DNA from: a virus
Taxonomy: Duplodnaviria > Caudoviricetes
Length of the DNA stretch: 60,165 nt
Direction: 5' to 3' (one strand)
IMG/VR virus record: IMGVR_UViG_3300043399_000886
Coordinates: 1-60,165 of that record
The notes under the pieces are model-generated. The model was not told the DNA's origin. It did not search any database and saw nothing but the letters and a program-made list of their open reading frames with translations. Numbering within the stretch: position 1 is the first letter of the stretch; every line of letters begins with the position of its first letter. Positions 1 to 7,665 of the stretch are shown here, piece by piece. The position numbers and the translations under genes were made by a program.

Positions 1-1
1 A

Positions 2-145
2 GGAGAGGAGAACCACCTCTCCGACACCGGCAGCCTGTACAGCTCGCCGCAGGCCGTGCTCGAGATGATCGAGAGCCTCGACGCCCGCGGCGCCGACACC
101 ACCGCCTGGTCCGAACTCAAGGCCGCCGCCCAGTCCGCCCTCTGA
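2..145 (+). CDS. 3' end of a hypothetical protein (5'-truncated by window)
   Basis: Open frame from nt 2 to TGA at 143-145 with G/C-ending codons; next gene follows with GGAG RBS. Confidence 0.6.
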   Translation, partial: GEENHLSDTGSLYSSPQAVLEMIESLDARGADTTAWSELKAAAQSAL

Positions 146-159
146 CCCTGGAGACCATC

Positions 160-414
160 ATGCTCATCACGTACAACGCCTCCGTCCACACCGCCGCCGG
201 CTGGCGGCACGTCACGATCCGCGCCGAGGCCGAGCGCTTGAGCGCCGGCATGGCGAAGGTCACCAAGGTCATCGACATCGACGGCGAGTCGCCGACGGGC
301 ACGCGCTCCCGCACCGGTGCGCGCCGGCAGCAGTACTACGCCGGCGGCGTGGCTATGCGCGAAGTCGGCGCCAGGAAGCGCATCAGCGCCTGCGTCGTGG
401 AAGAATCATGCTGA
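160..414 (+). CDS. hypothetical phage protein
   Basis: 84-aa ORF, GGAG upstream, overlaps next gene. Confidence 0.75.
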   Translation: MLITYNASVHTAAGWRHVTIRAEAERLSAGMAKVTKVIDIDGESPTGTRSRTGARRQQYYAGGVAMREVGARKRISACVVEESC

Positions 415-629
415 CGATCGTGCCGGCCTACGGCCGCGACTACAAGAGCCTCGAGACGGTCATCAACGACCTGCGCGCGAACCGCGACTTCATCGTTCAC
501 GACATCGGGTCGACCGAGTTCGGGCGATACGTGAACCTGGCCGCCATGCGCGACGTCGGCATTCACCAGGTTCGCGTGCGCCATGGCGGCCTGCGCCGCG
601 TGTCGGTCATCAACATCGACGAGATCTAA
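408..629 (+). CDS. hypothetical phage protein (PAYGRDYKS family)
   Basis: 73-aa ORF; LTIVPAYGRDYKS N-terminus is a motif I recall from small early phage proteins. Confidence 0.75.
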   Translation: MLTIVPAYGRDYKSLETVINDLRANRDFIVHDIGSTEFGRYVNLAAMRDVGIHQVRVRHGGLRRVSVINIDEI

Positions 630-664
630 TCCCGAGCGGGACGCAGGGTCATCGCGTCCCAGAC

Positions 665-689
665 CGAATTGTTGCACAACAATTCGTTG
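665..689. promoter_or_regulatory. putative repressor operator pair (CAAC-N5-GTTG class)
   Basis: CGAATTGTTG-CA-CAACAATTCG perfect inverted repeat containing CAACAATTCGTTG (677-689). Confidence 0.65.
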
Positions 690-710
690 TCCCTTCAACG
701 AAAGCCCACC

Positions 711-1082
711 ATGTCACTTCTCCTGAACATCGGCCTGGCCATCGGCAACGGCCAGCAGCTGACCGTCTCTGAAGTCGTCCAGTCCATCCAGCGCATCGCC
801 GGCCTGGCCCTCCGAACCATGCGGGTCGTCGAGTCCGACACCGAGCTGACCGTCGTCGCCGAGGTCGGCAACTGGGTGGACTTCGGCATCTGCCGCGAGC
901 AGGCCGACGTCATCGACCGCCTCTCCTCGACCCTGGCCCAGGACTGCATCGCCGTCTACGACGAGCGGTCGGAGACCGGCCGGCTGATCGGCCCGCGCGC
1001 CGACGAGTGGGGCAGCTTCAACCCGTGTTTCTTCTTCGACCTGAGCGGCGCCCGCCTGGCCCCGCTCGCGCAAGCAGCTTGA
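711..1082 (+). CDS. putative SAM lyase (SAMase)-like anti-restriction protein
   Basis: LNIGL...ESDTELTVV...LAQDCIAVY...GRLIGP...WGSFNP; E and QD-x-I spacing resembles the T3 SAMase-type fold. Confidence 0.55.
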   Translation: MSLLLNIGLAIGNGQQLTVSEVVQSIQRIAGLALRTMRVVESDTELTVVAEVGNWVDFGICREQADVIDRLSSTLAQDCIAVYDERSETGRLIGPRADEWGSFNPCFFFDLSGARLAPLAQAA

Positions 1083-1092
1083 GGAAGTCACC

Positions 1093-1599
1093 ATGAGATA
1101 CCTTGGTCACATGCCCGACGGCTCCTCGATCCAGCGCCACAGCGCCGGCCCGCACTACCCGTTCATCGTCGGGATGCAAGAGCACCGCGACGGCCGGTGG
1201 TTCGTGATGGACCCGTCCGGCGAGATCGTGGGCCGCCTGCCGATCTACGGCGACGCGTGCGAGTTCGCGCTGGCCCTGGCCCGCGCTGCCGCGATCCAGG
1301 CCGAGTCCGCCGCCCGCGGCGCGATGAGCATCAGCTTCACCGCCCATGGCCTCGACTTCGATGCCGAGGTCGACTACACCCCTGGCACGCCAGACCACGT
1401 CAGCGGCCCGCCCGACAGCTGGTGCGAAGGCGACCCCGACGAGCTTGAGGTCGTCGCGCTGAGCGTCGACGGCTACGATGCGCTGTTCCTCGAGGACAGC
1501 TCGATGTGGCCGTCGATCTACGACGCCGCGCTCAAGGCCGCGCGTGAGCAACTGGAGTCCAACCCGGACAGCGGCGCGTACGAGGACACCGAGTGGTGA
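1093..1599 (+). CDS. hypothetical protein, possibly a fusion of two small genes
   Basis: 168-aa ORF with GAGGA RBS; internal ATG at 1324 starts a distinct acidic half. Confidence 0.7.
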   Translation: MRYLGHMPDGSSIQRHSAGPHYPFIVGMQEHRDGRWFVMDPSGEIVGRLPIYGDACEFALALARAAAIQAESAARGAMSISFTAHGLDFDAEVDYTPGTPDHVSGPPDSWCEGDPDELEVVALSVDGYDALFLEDSSMWPSIYDAALKAAREQLESNPDSGAYEDTEW

Positions 1600-1753
1600 C
1601 CGCCCCCGCCAACTGGCCGTTCCCGACGTGGCGCGGCCAGCCTCTACGCCCGGCGCCAAGCGCGCCAGATCAAGCGCCCCCAGTCTGGGAGCGTCAACGC
1701 AAGCGCCCCACCAGGCGCGCAACTCCGTCGGCACCGCCGGCGCCATTCTGACC

Positions 1754-2209
1754 ATGACCACATACTTCACGATCACCCCGCCCATCCCCGACTCGATGTC
1801 GAAAGAAGAGCGGGCCCGGCTGGCCTCAAGCCCGTTCTACGGCAAGATCAAGACCGCCACCCTGCACCCAGAGGTCCGACGCCTCTGGGCCACGCGCGAC
1901 GACGAGCCGCCGCCCTGCGAGCCGATCGACATCTACTGGCCGACGCAGACCGACCCCGAGGTTGAGCTGCTGCTGGACTACGCCAGGCGTCTGCTGGCCC
2001 GAACCCGCATGACGCAGCAGCAATGGCTCGTGCTTGAGATGTGTACCCTCGGCAACGCAACGCTTGCCGATGCTGGCGCACGACTGGGTGTTACAGGCGG
2101 TCGCGCAAGGCAACTGCTGGTCCGCGCCCACAGCGAGCTGCGGATCGCCAGCAGACTGATGGGAGGGTGCCTCTTCGACGCGCCACGCCGACGCCCCAGA
2201 CGGCAATAA
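1754..2209 (+). CDS. sigma70 region-4-like HTH protein
   Basis: MTQQQWLVL...TLADAGARLGVTGGRARQL matches the sigma r4 HTH pattern. Confidence 0.6.
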   Translation: MTTYFTITPPIPDSMSKEERARLASSPFYGKIKTATLHPEVRRLWATRDDEPPPCEPIDIYWPTQTDPEVELLLDYARRLLARTRMTQQQWLVLEMCTLGNATLADAGARLGVTGGRARQLLVRAHSELRIASRLMGGCLFDAPRRRPRRQ

Positions 2210-2243
2210 CCCTCCAGTTCGGTCTGGATTGTGTTCCCGTTGT

Positions 2244-2273
2244 TTGGCCAACAATTCGTTTGTGATGTAACAT
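2244..2273 (+). promoter_or_regulatory. putative sigma70 promoter with operator in the spacer
   Basis: TTGGCC-18 nt-TAACAT; CAACAATTCGTTT at 2249-2261. Confidence 0.5.
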
Positions 2274-2304
2274 CTGGTTGTCCGCAACGAACCAGGAGCT
2301 CCAG

Positions 2305-3093
2305 ATGGAACTGTTCAACCGCTCAGGCACCGCCCGCATAGCCAACGCCGGCGAACGCGGCCACCGGTACACCACCAAGTGCAGCCGCTGCGGCGGCGCT
2401 GGCGGCTCGAAGGCCTGGGAGCACACCGGCTACACCTGCTACCAGTGCGGCGGATCCGGCCTCGGCCCGACCAAGGTCGAGAAGCTCTACACCGCCGACG
2501 AGCTCGCCGTCCTGGACGCCCGCCTCGCGAAGGCCCGCGCCCGCCGCCAGGCCTTGATCGACGCCGAGACCGCACGCATCGCTGCTGAGCGTGCCGCCGC
2601 CCGCGACGCGTTCCTGGCCGGCAACACCGACACCCTGGCCAAGCTCGACGAGCTGGCCGCCGACGAGGTCTCCCGCGCCAAGCCCGACACCAGCCTGTTC
2701 TGGGATGACGTCCGCAACGGCATCGTCGAGCGCGCCCACATCAGCGAGCGCCAGGCCGAGATGATCAACACCCGCTACGCCGAGCTGCTGGCCCGCCGCG
2801 AGGCCGAGTCCCGCGCCCGCGAAGCCGGCCACCTGGGCCAGCCCGGCCAGCGCGTCAAGACCCGCGCCTGCGTCGTCGAGTGCCGGCACATCGGCATCGT
2901 CTCGCGCTACCCGCTGATCCACCGCTTCCTGGTCCGCCTCGAGACCGAGCAAGGTCACACCCTGGTGTGGTGGACCGGCTGCGGCAAGTACACCCACGAC
3001 GACTTCGTCGAGTGTGCGCTGACCGTCAAGGAGCACGGCGCCTTCAACGGAAAGCCGCAGACCACCGTGCAGCGCGTCACCTTCAAGGACTGA
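2305..3093 (+). CDS. Zn-finger (CxxCxGxG) protein with C-terminal OB-fold-like domain
   Basis: CSRCGGAG...CYQCGGSG; C-terminal LVWWT...TVKEHGAFNGKPQTTVQRV; AGGAG RBS. Confidence 0.75.
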   Translation: MELFNRSGTARIANAGERGHRYTTKCSRCGGAGGSKAWEHTGYTCYQCGGSGLGPTKVEKLYTADELAVLDARLAKARARRQALIDAETARIAAERAAARDAFLAGNTDTLAKLDELAADEVSRAKPDTSLFWDDVRNGIVERAHISERQAEMINTRYAELLARREAESRAREAGHLGQPGQRVKTRACVVECRHIGIVSRYPLIHRFLVRLETEQGHTLVWWTGCGKYTHDDFVECALTVKEHGAFNGKPQTTVQRVTFKD

Positions 3094-3095
3094 TC

Positions 3096-3305
3096 ATGCG
3101 ATTCTCGCGAGACCCGCTCATCGAGAAGGAGGCCCGCCGGCTCGAGAAGTCCGGCTGGGTCGCGCTCAACGGCGGGAAGCACAAGCGGCTGCGCAGCCCC
3201 GACAGCAAGCACACGATCACGGTCCCAGGCAGCCCGAGCGATCACCGCTCGGCCCTCAACTGGCTCCATCAACTGCGTCGCATCGAGCGCGCCACACAGG
3301 CCTGA
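3096..3305 (+). CDS. HicA-like mRNA interferase fold protein
   Basis: LEKSGW...GGKHKRLRSP...ITVPGSPSD resembles the HicA dsRBD-like fold with conserved His. Confidence 0.6.
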   Translation: MRFSRDPLIEKEARRLEKSGWVALNGGKHKRLRSPDSKHTITVPGSPSDHRSALNWLHQLRRIERATQA

Positions 3306-3370
3306 CCACAGCGACCTGCCCAGAGGTAGGTCAGTGGGGTCACCCCGACACCACGCAACAGGAAAGATCC

Positions 3371-3601
3371 ATGCACGACCTGAACACCATCAACCGCCTC
3401 AACCTTGAGGCCCACGGCAAGGCCATCGAGGGCGACCGACTCAAGGGCAAGCACGTCGTCGCCACGTACGAAGGCCTGCACCTGACGCGGCACAGCTCGT
3501 TTGACGACGGCGAGATGGCCCTGCAGTTCGCCGAAGCGGAGCGACGCAACGCCATCGGTCGCACCGTCCACATCCTCCCGCCGCTCGCGGAGGCCGCATG
3601 A
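3371..3601 (+). CDS. hypothetical protein
   Basis: 76-aa ORF, AGGA RBS, ATGA coupling to next gene. Confidence 0.7.
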   Translation: MHDLNTINRLNLEAHGKAIEGDRLKGKHVVATYEGLHLTRHSSFDDGEMALQFAEAERRNAIGRTVHILPPLAEAA

Positions 3602-3813
3602 CGCAGTTGCTCGCCCTCTTCCGCAGGTTGTCTGGGCGAGCAACTGTGCTCGAGCTCGCCTCAGCAGAGCTGGACGCCGCCGAGCGCGAAAAGCTCCAGG
3701 CCGAGAGCGCACGCGAGTACGCGACTGCGATGGTCCTGTACCACGAGGCCCGGATCCAGCGCCTGCGCAACAGGCTGGGCCATGACAACGCTTCTTCGCA
3801 GATCGACGCATGA
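3598..3813 (+). CDS. hypothetical coiled-coil protein
   Basis: ATGA overlaps at both ends. Confidence 0.7.
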   Translation: MTQLLALFRRLSGRATVLELASAELDAAEREKLQAESAREYATAMVLYHEARIQRLRNRLGHDNASSQIDA

Positions 3814-4007
3814 CAGCCCTTGATTGCCTGCGCAAGCACGGTCGCATGACCGCCAGCGAGATCGCCGACTACACCGGCGCCGACCTGGTGGACGTGTACT
3901 GCGAGCTCGTGCCGGCCGAGGCCCGGGGCGAGGCGTCCTTCGACGTCGTGCGCTGGGCGGACAACACGCAGACCCGCGAGTGGTTCATCATCGGGAGCAA
4001 CCATTGA
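3810..4007 (+). CDS. small winged-HTH-like protein
   Basis: LDCLRKHGRMTASEIADYTG; translational coupling. Confidence 0.6.
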   Translation: MTALDCLRKHGRMTASEIADYTGADLVDVYCELVPAEARGEASFDVVRWADNTQTREWFIIGSNH

Positions 4008-4810
4008 GACGACGCACCTTCATCGCATCCGCCGCGCTGGCCCTGGCCGGCTGCGGTGGCGGAGCAGCACCGGCCAACACCCGGACGCTGCAGTACGGCA
4101 ACGACCAACGGCAAGCCGTCGACATCACCGTCGTCGAACTGGCCTCACCGTGGATCGCATTCATCCATGGCGGCGGCTGGTCCGGCGGATCGCGTGATGA
4201 CGCAGCGATGCGCGCGGTCACCGGCCGACTGCAGGACCGCGGCTACAACACCGCCGCGATCGGCTACCGCGTCCTGGGCCAGGCCGCCTACGCCGAGCAG
4301 ACGTCCGACATCATCTCGGCGCTGGCCATGCTTGAGCGCGAGCTGCGCACCGACGCCGGCGTCCTGGTGGCCGGAGGGTCGGCCGGCGGCTACCACGCGA
4401 TGGAGGGCGGAGCGCTGTACCTGCTCGCAGGCAGCAGCCGCGTGCGCGGCCTGATGTCCCTGGCCGGGCCGCTGGACCTGGACCCGGCGTGCTACCCCAA
4501 CCCGTCCGCAGTCGAGCCTCTGTTCGAGGCGTTCGCCGGCGACTCCTCGCAGCGCTTCGTCAGGAGCCCCACGCTCAGGGTGGCACGCGGCGAGTACGAC
4601 TCCCTGGCCGGGCGCGTGCGCCTGTTCGCGACGGCGATCGACCACGACACCGTCGTGCCGACGTTCGTCGCCTCCGAGTTCGTGGAGATGGCGCGCGTGC
4701 GCGGCATCGACGCGACCCTCCACATCGAAGCCGACGCGCTGGGCCACGCAGCCGGCGCCGAGACGATCTCCCGCGCCGTCCTCCGGGCGGCCGACAACCT
4801 CTTCGCATGA
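4004..4810 (+). CDS. alpha/beta hydrolase (HSL-type esterase), predicted Tat lipoprotein
   Basis: TTG start overlapping the upstream TGA; RRRTFI twin-arginine motif, LAGC lipobox, HGGGW oxyanion loop, GGSAGG nucleophile elbow, DTVVP and downstream His. Confidence 0.8.
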   Translation: MRRRTFIASAALALAGCGGGAAPANTRTLQYGNDQRQAVDITVVELASPWIAFIHGGGWSGGSRDDAAMRAVTGRLQDRGYNTAAIGYRVLGQAAYAEQTSDIISALAMLERELRTDAGVLVAGGSAGGYHAMEGGALYLLAGSSRVRGLMSLAGPLDLDPACYPNPSAVEPLFEAFAGDSSQRFVRSPTLRVARGEYDSLAGRVRLFATAIDHDTVVPTFVASEFVEMARVRGIDATLHIEADALGHAAGAETISRAVLRAADNLFA

Positions 4811-4998
4811 ACGCCATGAACACACCATGCTGCAACGGAAGCTCGTGCAATCAAGGCCGCGAGCCATGCCAGACACCTAACCTCTGTACGTCACCACATC
4901 CCAAGCTGGGGGTGATCGACATCATCGCGGTGGCCATCGCCGCCCTGTGCTTCGCATGCTCTGTGTTCATGCTGGCAAAGATCGCGGGGATCGCATGA
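4807..4998 (+). CDS. small Cys-rich membrane protein
   Basis: CCNGSSCNQGREPC followed by one hydrophobic helix; ATGA coupling. Confidence 0.6.
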   Translation: MNAMNTPCCNGSSCNQGREPCQTPNLCTSPHPKLGVIDIIAVAIAALCFACSVFMLAKIAGIA

Positions 4999-5324
4999 GC
5001 AAGCCGGGACGTCGCGCCGCTGACGGCGCCACCGGCGTCGAGCGCGTGTGCATCACCCTCACGCCGGCCGATCGCGAGACGCTGCGCGCGATGGGCGGGT
5101 CCGCTTTCGTGCGCCAGGCGATCCGCCAGGCCGCGGCGCTGGGCGACGATGCGAAGCGCTACGCCTGGATCCGCCAGCACTGCGAGCACATGGCCGTCGG
5201 CCGCGGCGGCAAGACCCTGCAGCTGACGGTCAAGGGCGACGAACGCGTCGCCGTCGAAGAGTCACCTCTCGACAAGCTGGTCGACGAGGCCATGCTTGCC
5301 ACGTCAAGCGATCAGAAACCCTGA
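4995..5324 (+). CDS. ribbon-helix-helix-like DNA-binding protein
   Basis: ERVCITLTPADRETLRAMGGSAFVRQAI; ATGA coupling. Confidence 0.55.
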   Translation: MSKPGRRAADGATGVERVCITLTPADRETLRAMGGSAFVRQAIRQAAALGDDAKRYAWIRQHCEHMAVGRGGKTLQLTVKGDERVAVEESPLDKLVDEAMLATSSDQKP

Positions 5325-5809
5325 CGAAGACCCACGAAACCCTGATGAAGGGCACCCGAACCCTGATGACGATGTCACAGCCGGCGCCTGACGTCCTCCA
5401 GAAGGTCCGATTCGCTGAAGCCGTAGCGCTTCTCGAACCCCTTCGTCCCCAGCCCATGCACGCCGGTGTTGCCGCGGTGATGCGAAGCGCTACGCCTGGA
5501 TCCGCCAGCACTGCGAGCACATGGCCGTCGGCCGCGGCGGCAAGACCCTGCAGCTGACGGTCAAGGGCGACGAACGCGTCGCCGTCGAAGAGTCACCTCT
5601 CGACAAGCTGGTCGACGAGGCCATGCTTGCCACGTCAAGCGATCAGAAACCCTGACGAAGACCCACGAAACCCTGATGAAGGGCACCCGAACCCTGATGA
5701 CGATGTCACAGCCGGCGCCTGACGTCCTCCAGAAGGTCCGATTCGCTGAAGCCGTAGCGCTTCTCGAACCCCTTCGTCCCCAGCCCATGCACGCCGGTGT
5801 TGCCGCGGT
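5148..5809. repeat. 331-bp tandem duplication (5148-5478 / 5479-5809)
   Basis: Copies read identical by eye; GATGC microhomology at 5148, 5479 and 5810. Confidence 0.95.
5315..5371. repeat. three 21-bp-period direct repeats (AACCCTGAYGA); again at 5646-5702
   Basis: GAAACCCTGACGAAG (5315), GAAACCCTGATGAAG (5336), CGAACCCTGATGACG (5357). Confidence 0.85.
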
Positions 5810-6017
5810 GATGCTCGTAGCAAAGTGGCAGCACGTCGGTGTGCGCAGCGCGCTGCCCCATGCCGACGCCGCGCCGCGGGTGGTGCAGCTCCACCATGGG
5901 GCTGCGGATGCCCATCCGCCGGCACACGACGCATCCGAGCTGCGCGACGCGGTCCATGTGCCGGCGATCCTCGGCCGTCTTGGACTTGGGCTTGGGCTCC
6001 TTCAGGAACGAAGGCAT
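5706..6017 (-). CDS. Ref-like (RecA-dependent) HNH nuclease
   Basis: HMDRVAQLGCVVC...ELHH...GMGQRA...LPLCYEHHRG...GVH...FEKRYG. Confidence 0.75.
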   Translation of the reverse strand: MPSFLKEPKPKSKTAEDRRHMDRVAQLGCVVCRRMGIRSPMVELHHPRRGVGMGQRAAHTDVLPLCYEHHRGNTGVHGLGTKGFEKRYGFSESDLLEDVRRRL

Positions 6018-6445
6018 CAGTCCAGCTTCAGCTCGTCGATGCCGCGGCCGCAGTTCGGGTCGTAGATGCACGCCAGCTCGACCGCCTCGCGCGCGGACCT
6101 GCCAAGGTGCATCGCTGCCATCGCATACTCGCGCCCCGAGCCGATCGCGAAGATCGGGTCGTGGAACTCGATCGGGTTTGGGGTCCGCTCGTACAGCCAG
6201 ATCCCGTCAGCCTTGATGACCAGGAACGGCGCGAACTCCTCGCTGTTCTGCATCGCCGGGAAGCGATCCGGATCGCAGCCATGGCGCACCCACCAGAGCA
6301 TCGACTGCACGACGTCGGCGCTGCCGGACCCGCCGACCAGCATGTCCCGCACCTTCCAGATCTTCGTGACCGTTCGCGCCAGGCATCCATGCGCCGCCAT
6401 CCGATCCGCTGCCAGGGTCTTCCCGTCCCAGGCGATCACCGTCAT
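6017..6445 (-). CDS. HslV/proteasome-beta-like Ntn peptidase
   Basis: M-T-VIAWDGKTLAAD (N-terminal Thr), KI...GGSG, AIGSG...AMAAM...AVELA. Confidence 0.8.
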   Translation of the reverse strand: MTVIAWDGKTLAADRMAAHGCLARTVTKIWKVRDMLVGGSGSADVVQSMLWWVRHGCDPDRFPAMQNSEEFAPFLVIKADGIWLYERTPNPIEFHDPIFAIGSGREYAMAAMHLGRSAREAVELACIYDPNCGRGIDELKLD

Positions 6446-6951
6446 CTCAGCCTCCTCACCACTGCAGCCTGCGTCACCGAGTCGATCCGCTCGAGCACCG
6501 AGATGAGCTCGGCGATCTCCGGCCGCCAGCGCTTCTGGATCGGCCGCCGGCCGGTGCCGTCGCAGTGCGTGCAGCGCTTGGTCGTGAGCACCGGCGCGTT
6601 CGGCGCCTTCTCGAACCCGCGCCCGCTGCAGTGCAGGCAGGTCGGGTAGATGTGGTGCGCCAGCGCGAGCTCGGCAACGCGCACCAGGTTGCGGCCGTTG
6701 ACCTTCCAGCCCCTGGCCTGAGCCAGCCTCTTGGCGACCGACAGCGTCGATCTGAGCGCCGCGCGCAGGTCGGTGGTACTGGATGCCAGGTGGACCCTGA
6801 TCAGCGCGTCTGCGGGCCCGCCAACCTGCCTGGCGGCCAATCCCAAGGCAATCAGGTGGTCGGCATCGCCGCGCCGGCCCGCGCGCAGCGACAGGTCGCC
6901 CGATCCGAAAGCCGAGTGCAACCGCTCCTTCTCGGTCAGGCGTTCCCGCAC
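6442..6951 (-). CDS. Q-like antitermination protein with Zn finger
   Basis: CLHCSGRG...CTHCDGTG; GTG start with GAGGA; located late in the replication operon. Confidence 0.65.
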   Translation of the reverse strand: MRERLTEKERLHSAFGSGDLSLRAGRRGDADHLIALGLAARQVGGPADALIRVHLASSTTDLRAALRSTLSVAKRLAQARGWKVNGRNLVRVAELALAHHIYPTCLHCSGRGFEKAPNAPVLTTKRCTHCDGTGRRPIQKRWRPEIAELISVLERIDSVTQAAVVRRLR

Positions 6952-7304
6952 AGGTAGTCCTCGATGACGTTGCGGGCCGCGTCCCAGCCATGGCAGACCT
7001 CGACCCGGTATCCGACCTCGCGCAGACGCTCGATCCACTTCCGCTGCGAGTCGCTGACGCGACCGGCCTTCGGCGGCTTCAGCTCGATGAACAGGCCCGG
7101 ATGCTTGCCAACAGGCAGGGCCAGCACCAGGTCCGGAACACCGGCGCGCACGCCCTCTGACTTGAGGATCGACGCGGTGATCTTGTCCCTCCGGCCGCCG
7201 TTGGGGACGGCGAACAGGAAGTCGCCGATCCGCCGGTTGCCGACCCAGGCGGAGTCGGCCCAGCGCACGAGGGCCTGCTGGTGCTGCGACTCCTCGTGCC
7301 TCAC
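6936..7304 (-). CDS. VRR-NUC nuclease (resolvase-like)
   Basis: EESQHQ...FAVPNGG...GVRAGVPDL...FIELK...SDSQ..W. Confidence 0.9.
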   Translation of the reverse strand: MRHEESQHQQALVRWADSAWVGNRRIGDFLFAVPNGGRRDKITASILKSEGVRAGVPDLVLALPVGKHPGLFIELKPPKAGRVSDSQRKWIERLREVGYRVEVCHGWDAARNVIEDYLCGNA

Positions 7305-7585
7305 TGATGCTCCCCGTTCGCGGCGCGCACCAGAGCTTCGCTGGGCTTCATCACCGGGACGGCGCGTGGCGGCACGACCACGATCTCGCCAGTGCGGACG
7401 TTGCGTGCCCGCTTCTCGCCGCGGCGCGAGATCGTCAACTTGCCAAGACCGAACAGGCGCACGTCCTCGCCGCAGGCGATCGACTCGAGCGCGATGTCGG
7501 CCGTCGCGTTCAGGACCTTGCGGACGGTGCAGGCAGGCACGTCGCTGAGCTCCGACACAGCCCGGATGAGGTGATCCTTCTTCAT
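7301..7585 (-). CDS. HU/IHF-like histone-like DNA-binding protein
   Basis: VRLFGLGKL...R..RARNVRTGE. Confidence 0.9.
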   Translation of the reverse strand: MKKDHLIRAVSELSDVPACTVRKVLNATADIALESIACGEDVRLFGLGKLTISRRGEKRARNVRTGEIVVVPPRAVPVMKPSEALVRAANGEHQ

Positions 7586-7593
7586 GGTGTGGT

Positions 7594-7606
7594 CAACAAA
7601 TTGTTG
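7594..7606. promoter_or_regulatory. putative operator CAACAAATTGTTG
   Basis: Near-perfect 13-bp palindrome just upstream of the HU start codon. Confidence 0.65.
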
Positions 7607-7665
7607 GGACGCGCGGTTTCTACCACACCTTCACCGCCTCCCAAAGCGCCGAACACGGGCGGACG

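Noticed and set aside
5315-5371. CTGANGA/GAAA words suggesting a hammerhead ribozyme or a box C/D (TIGR-like) array
   Set aside because: Hammerhead stems and cleavage triplet cannot be formed; only three units with very short spacers and no Nop-domain protein in the window
5230-6065. ORFs 5230-5520, 5048-5557 and 5676-6065 around the duplication
   Set aside because: Chimeric or antisense frames created by the duplication junction and by the Ref-like gene
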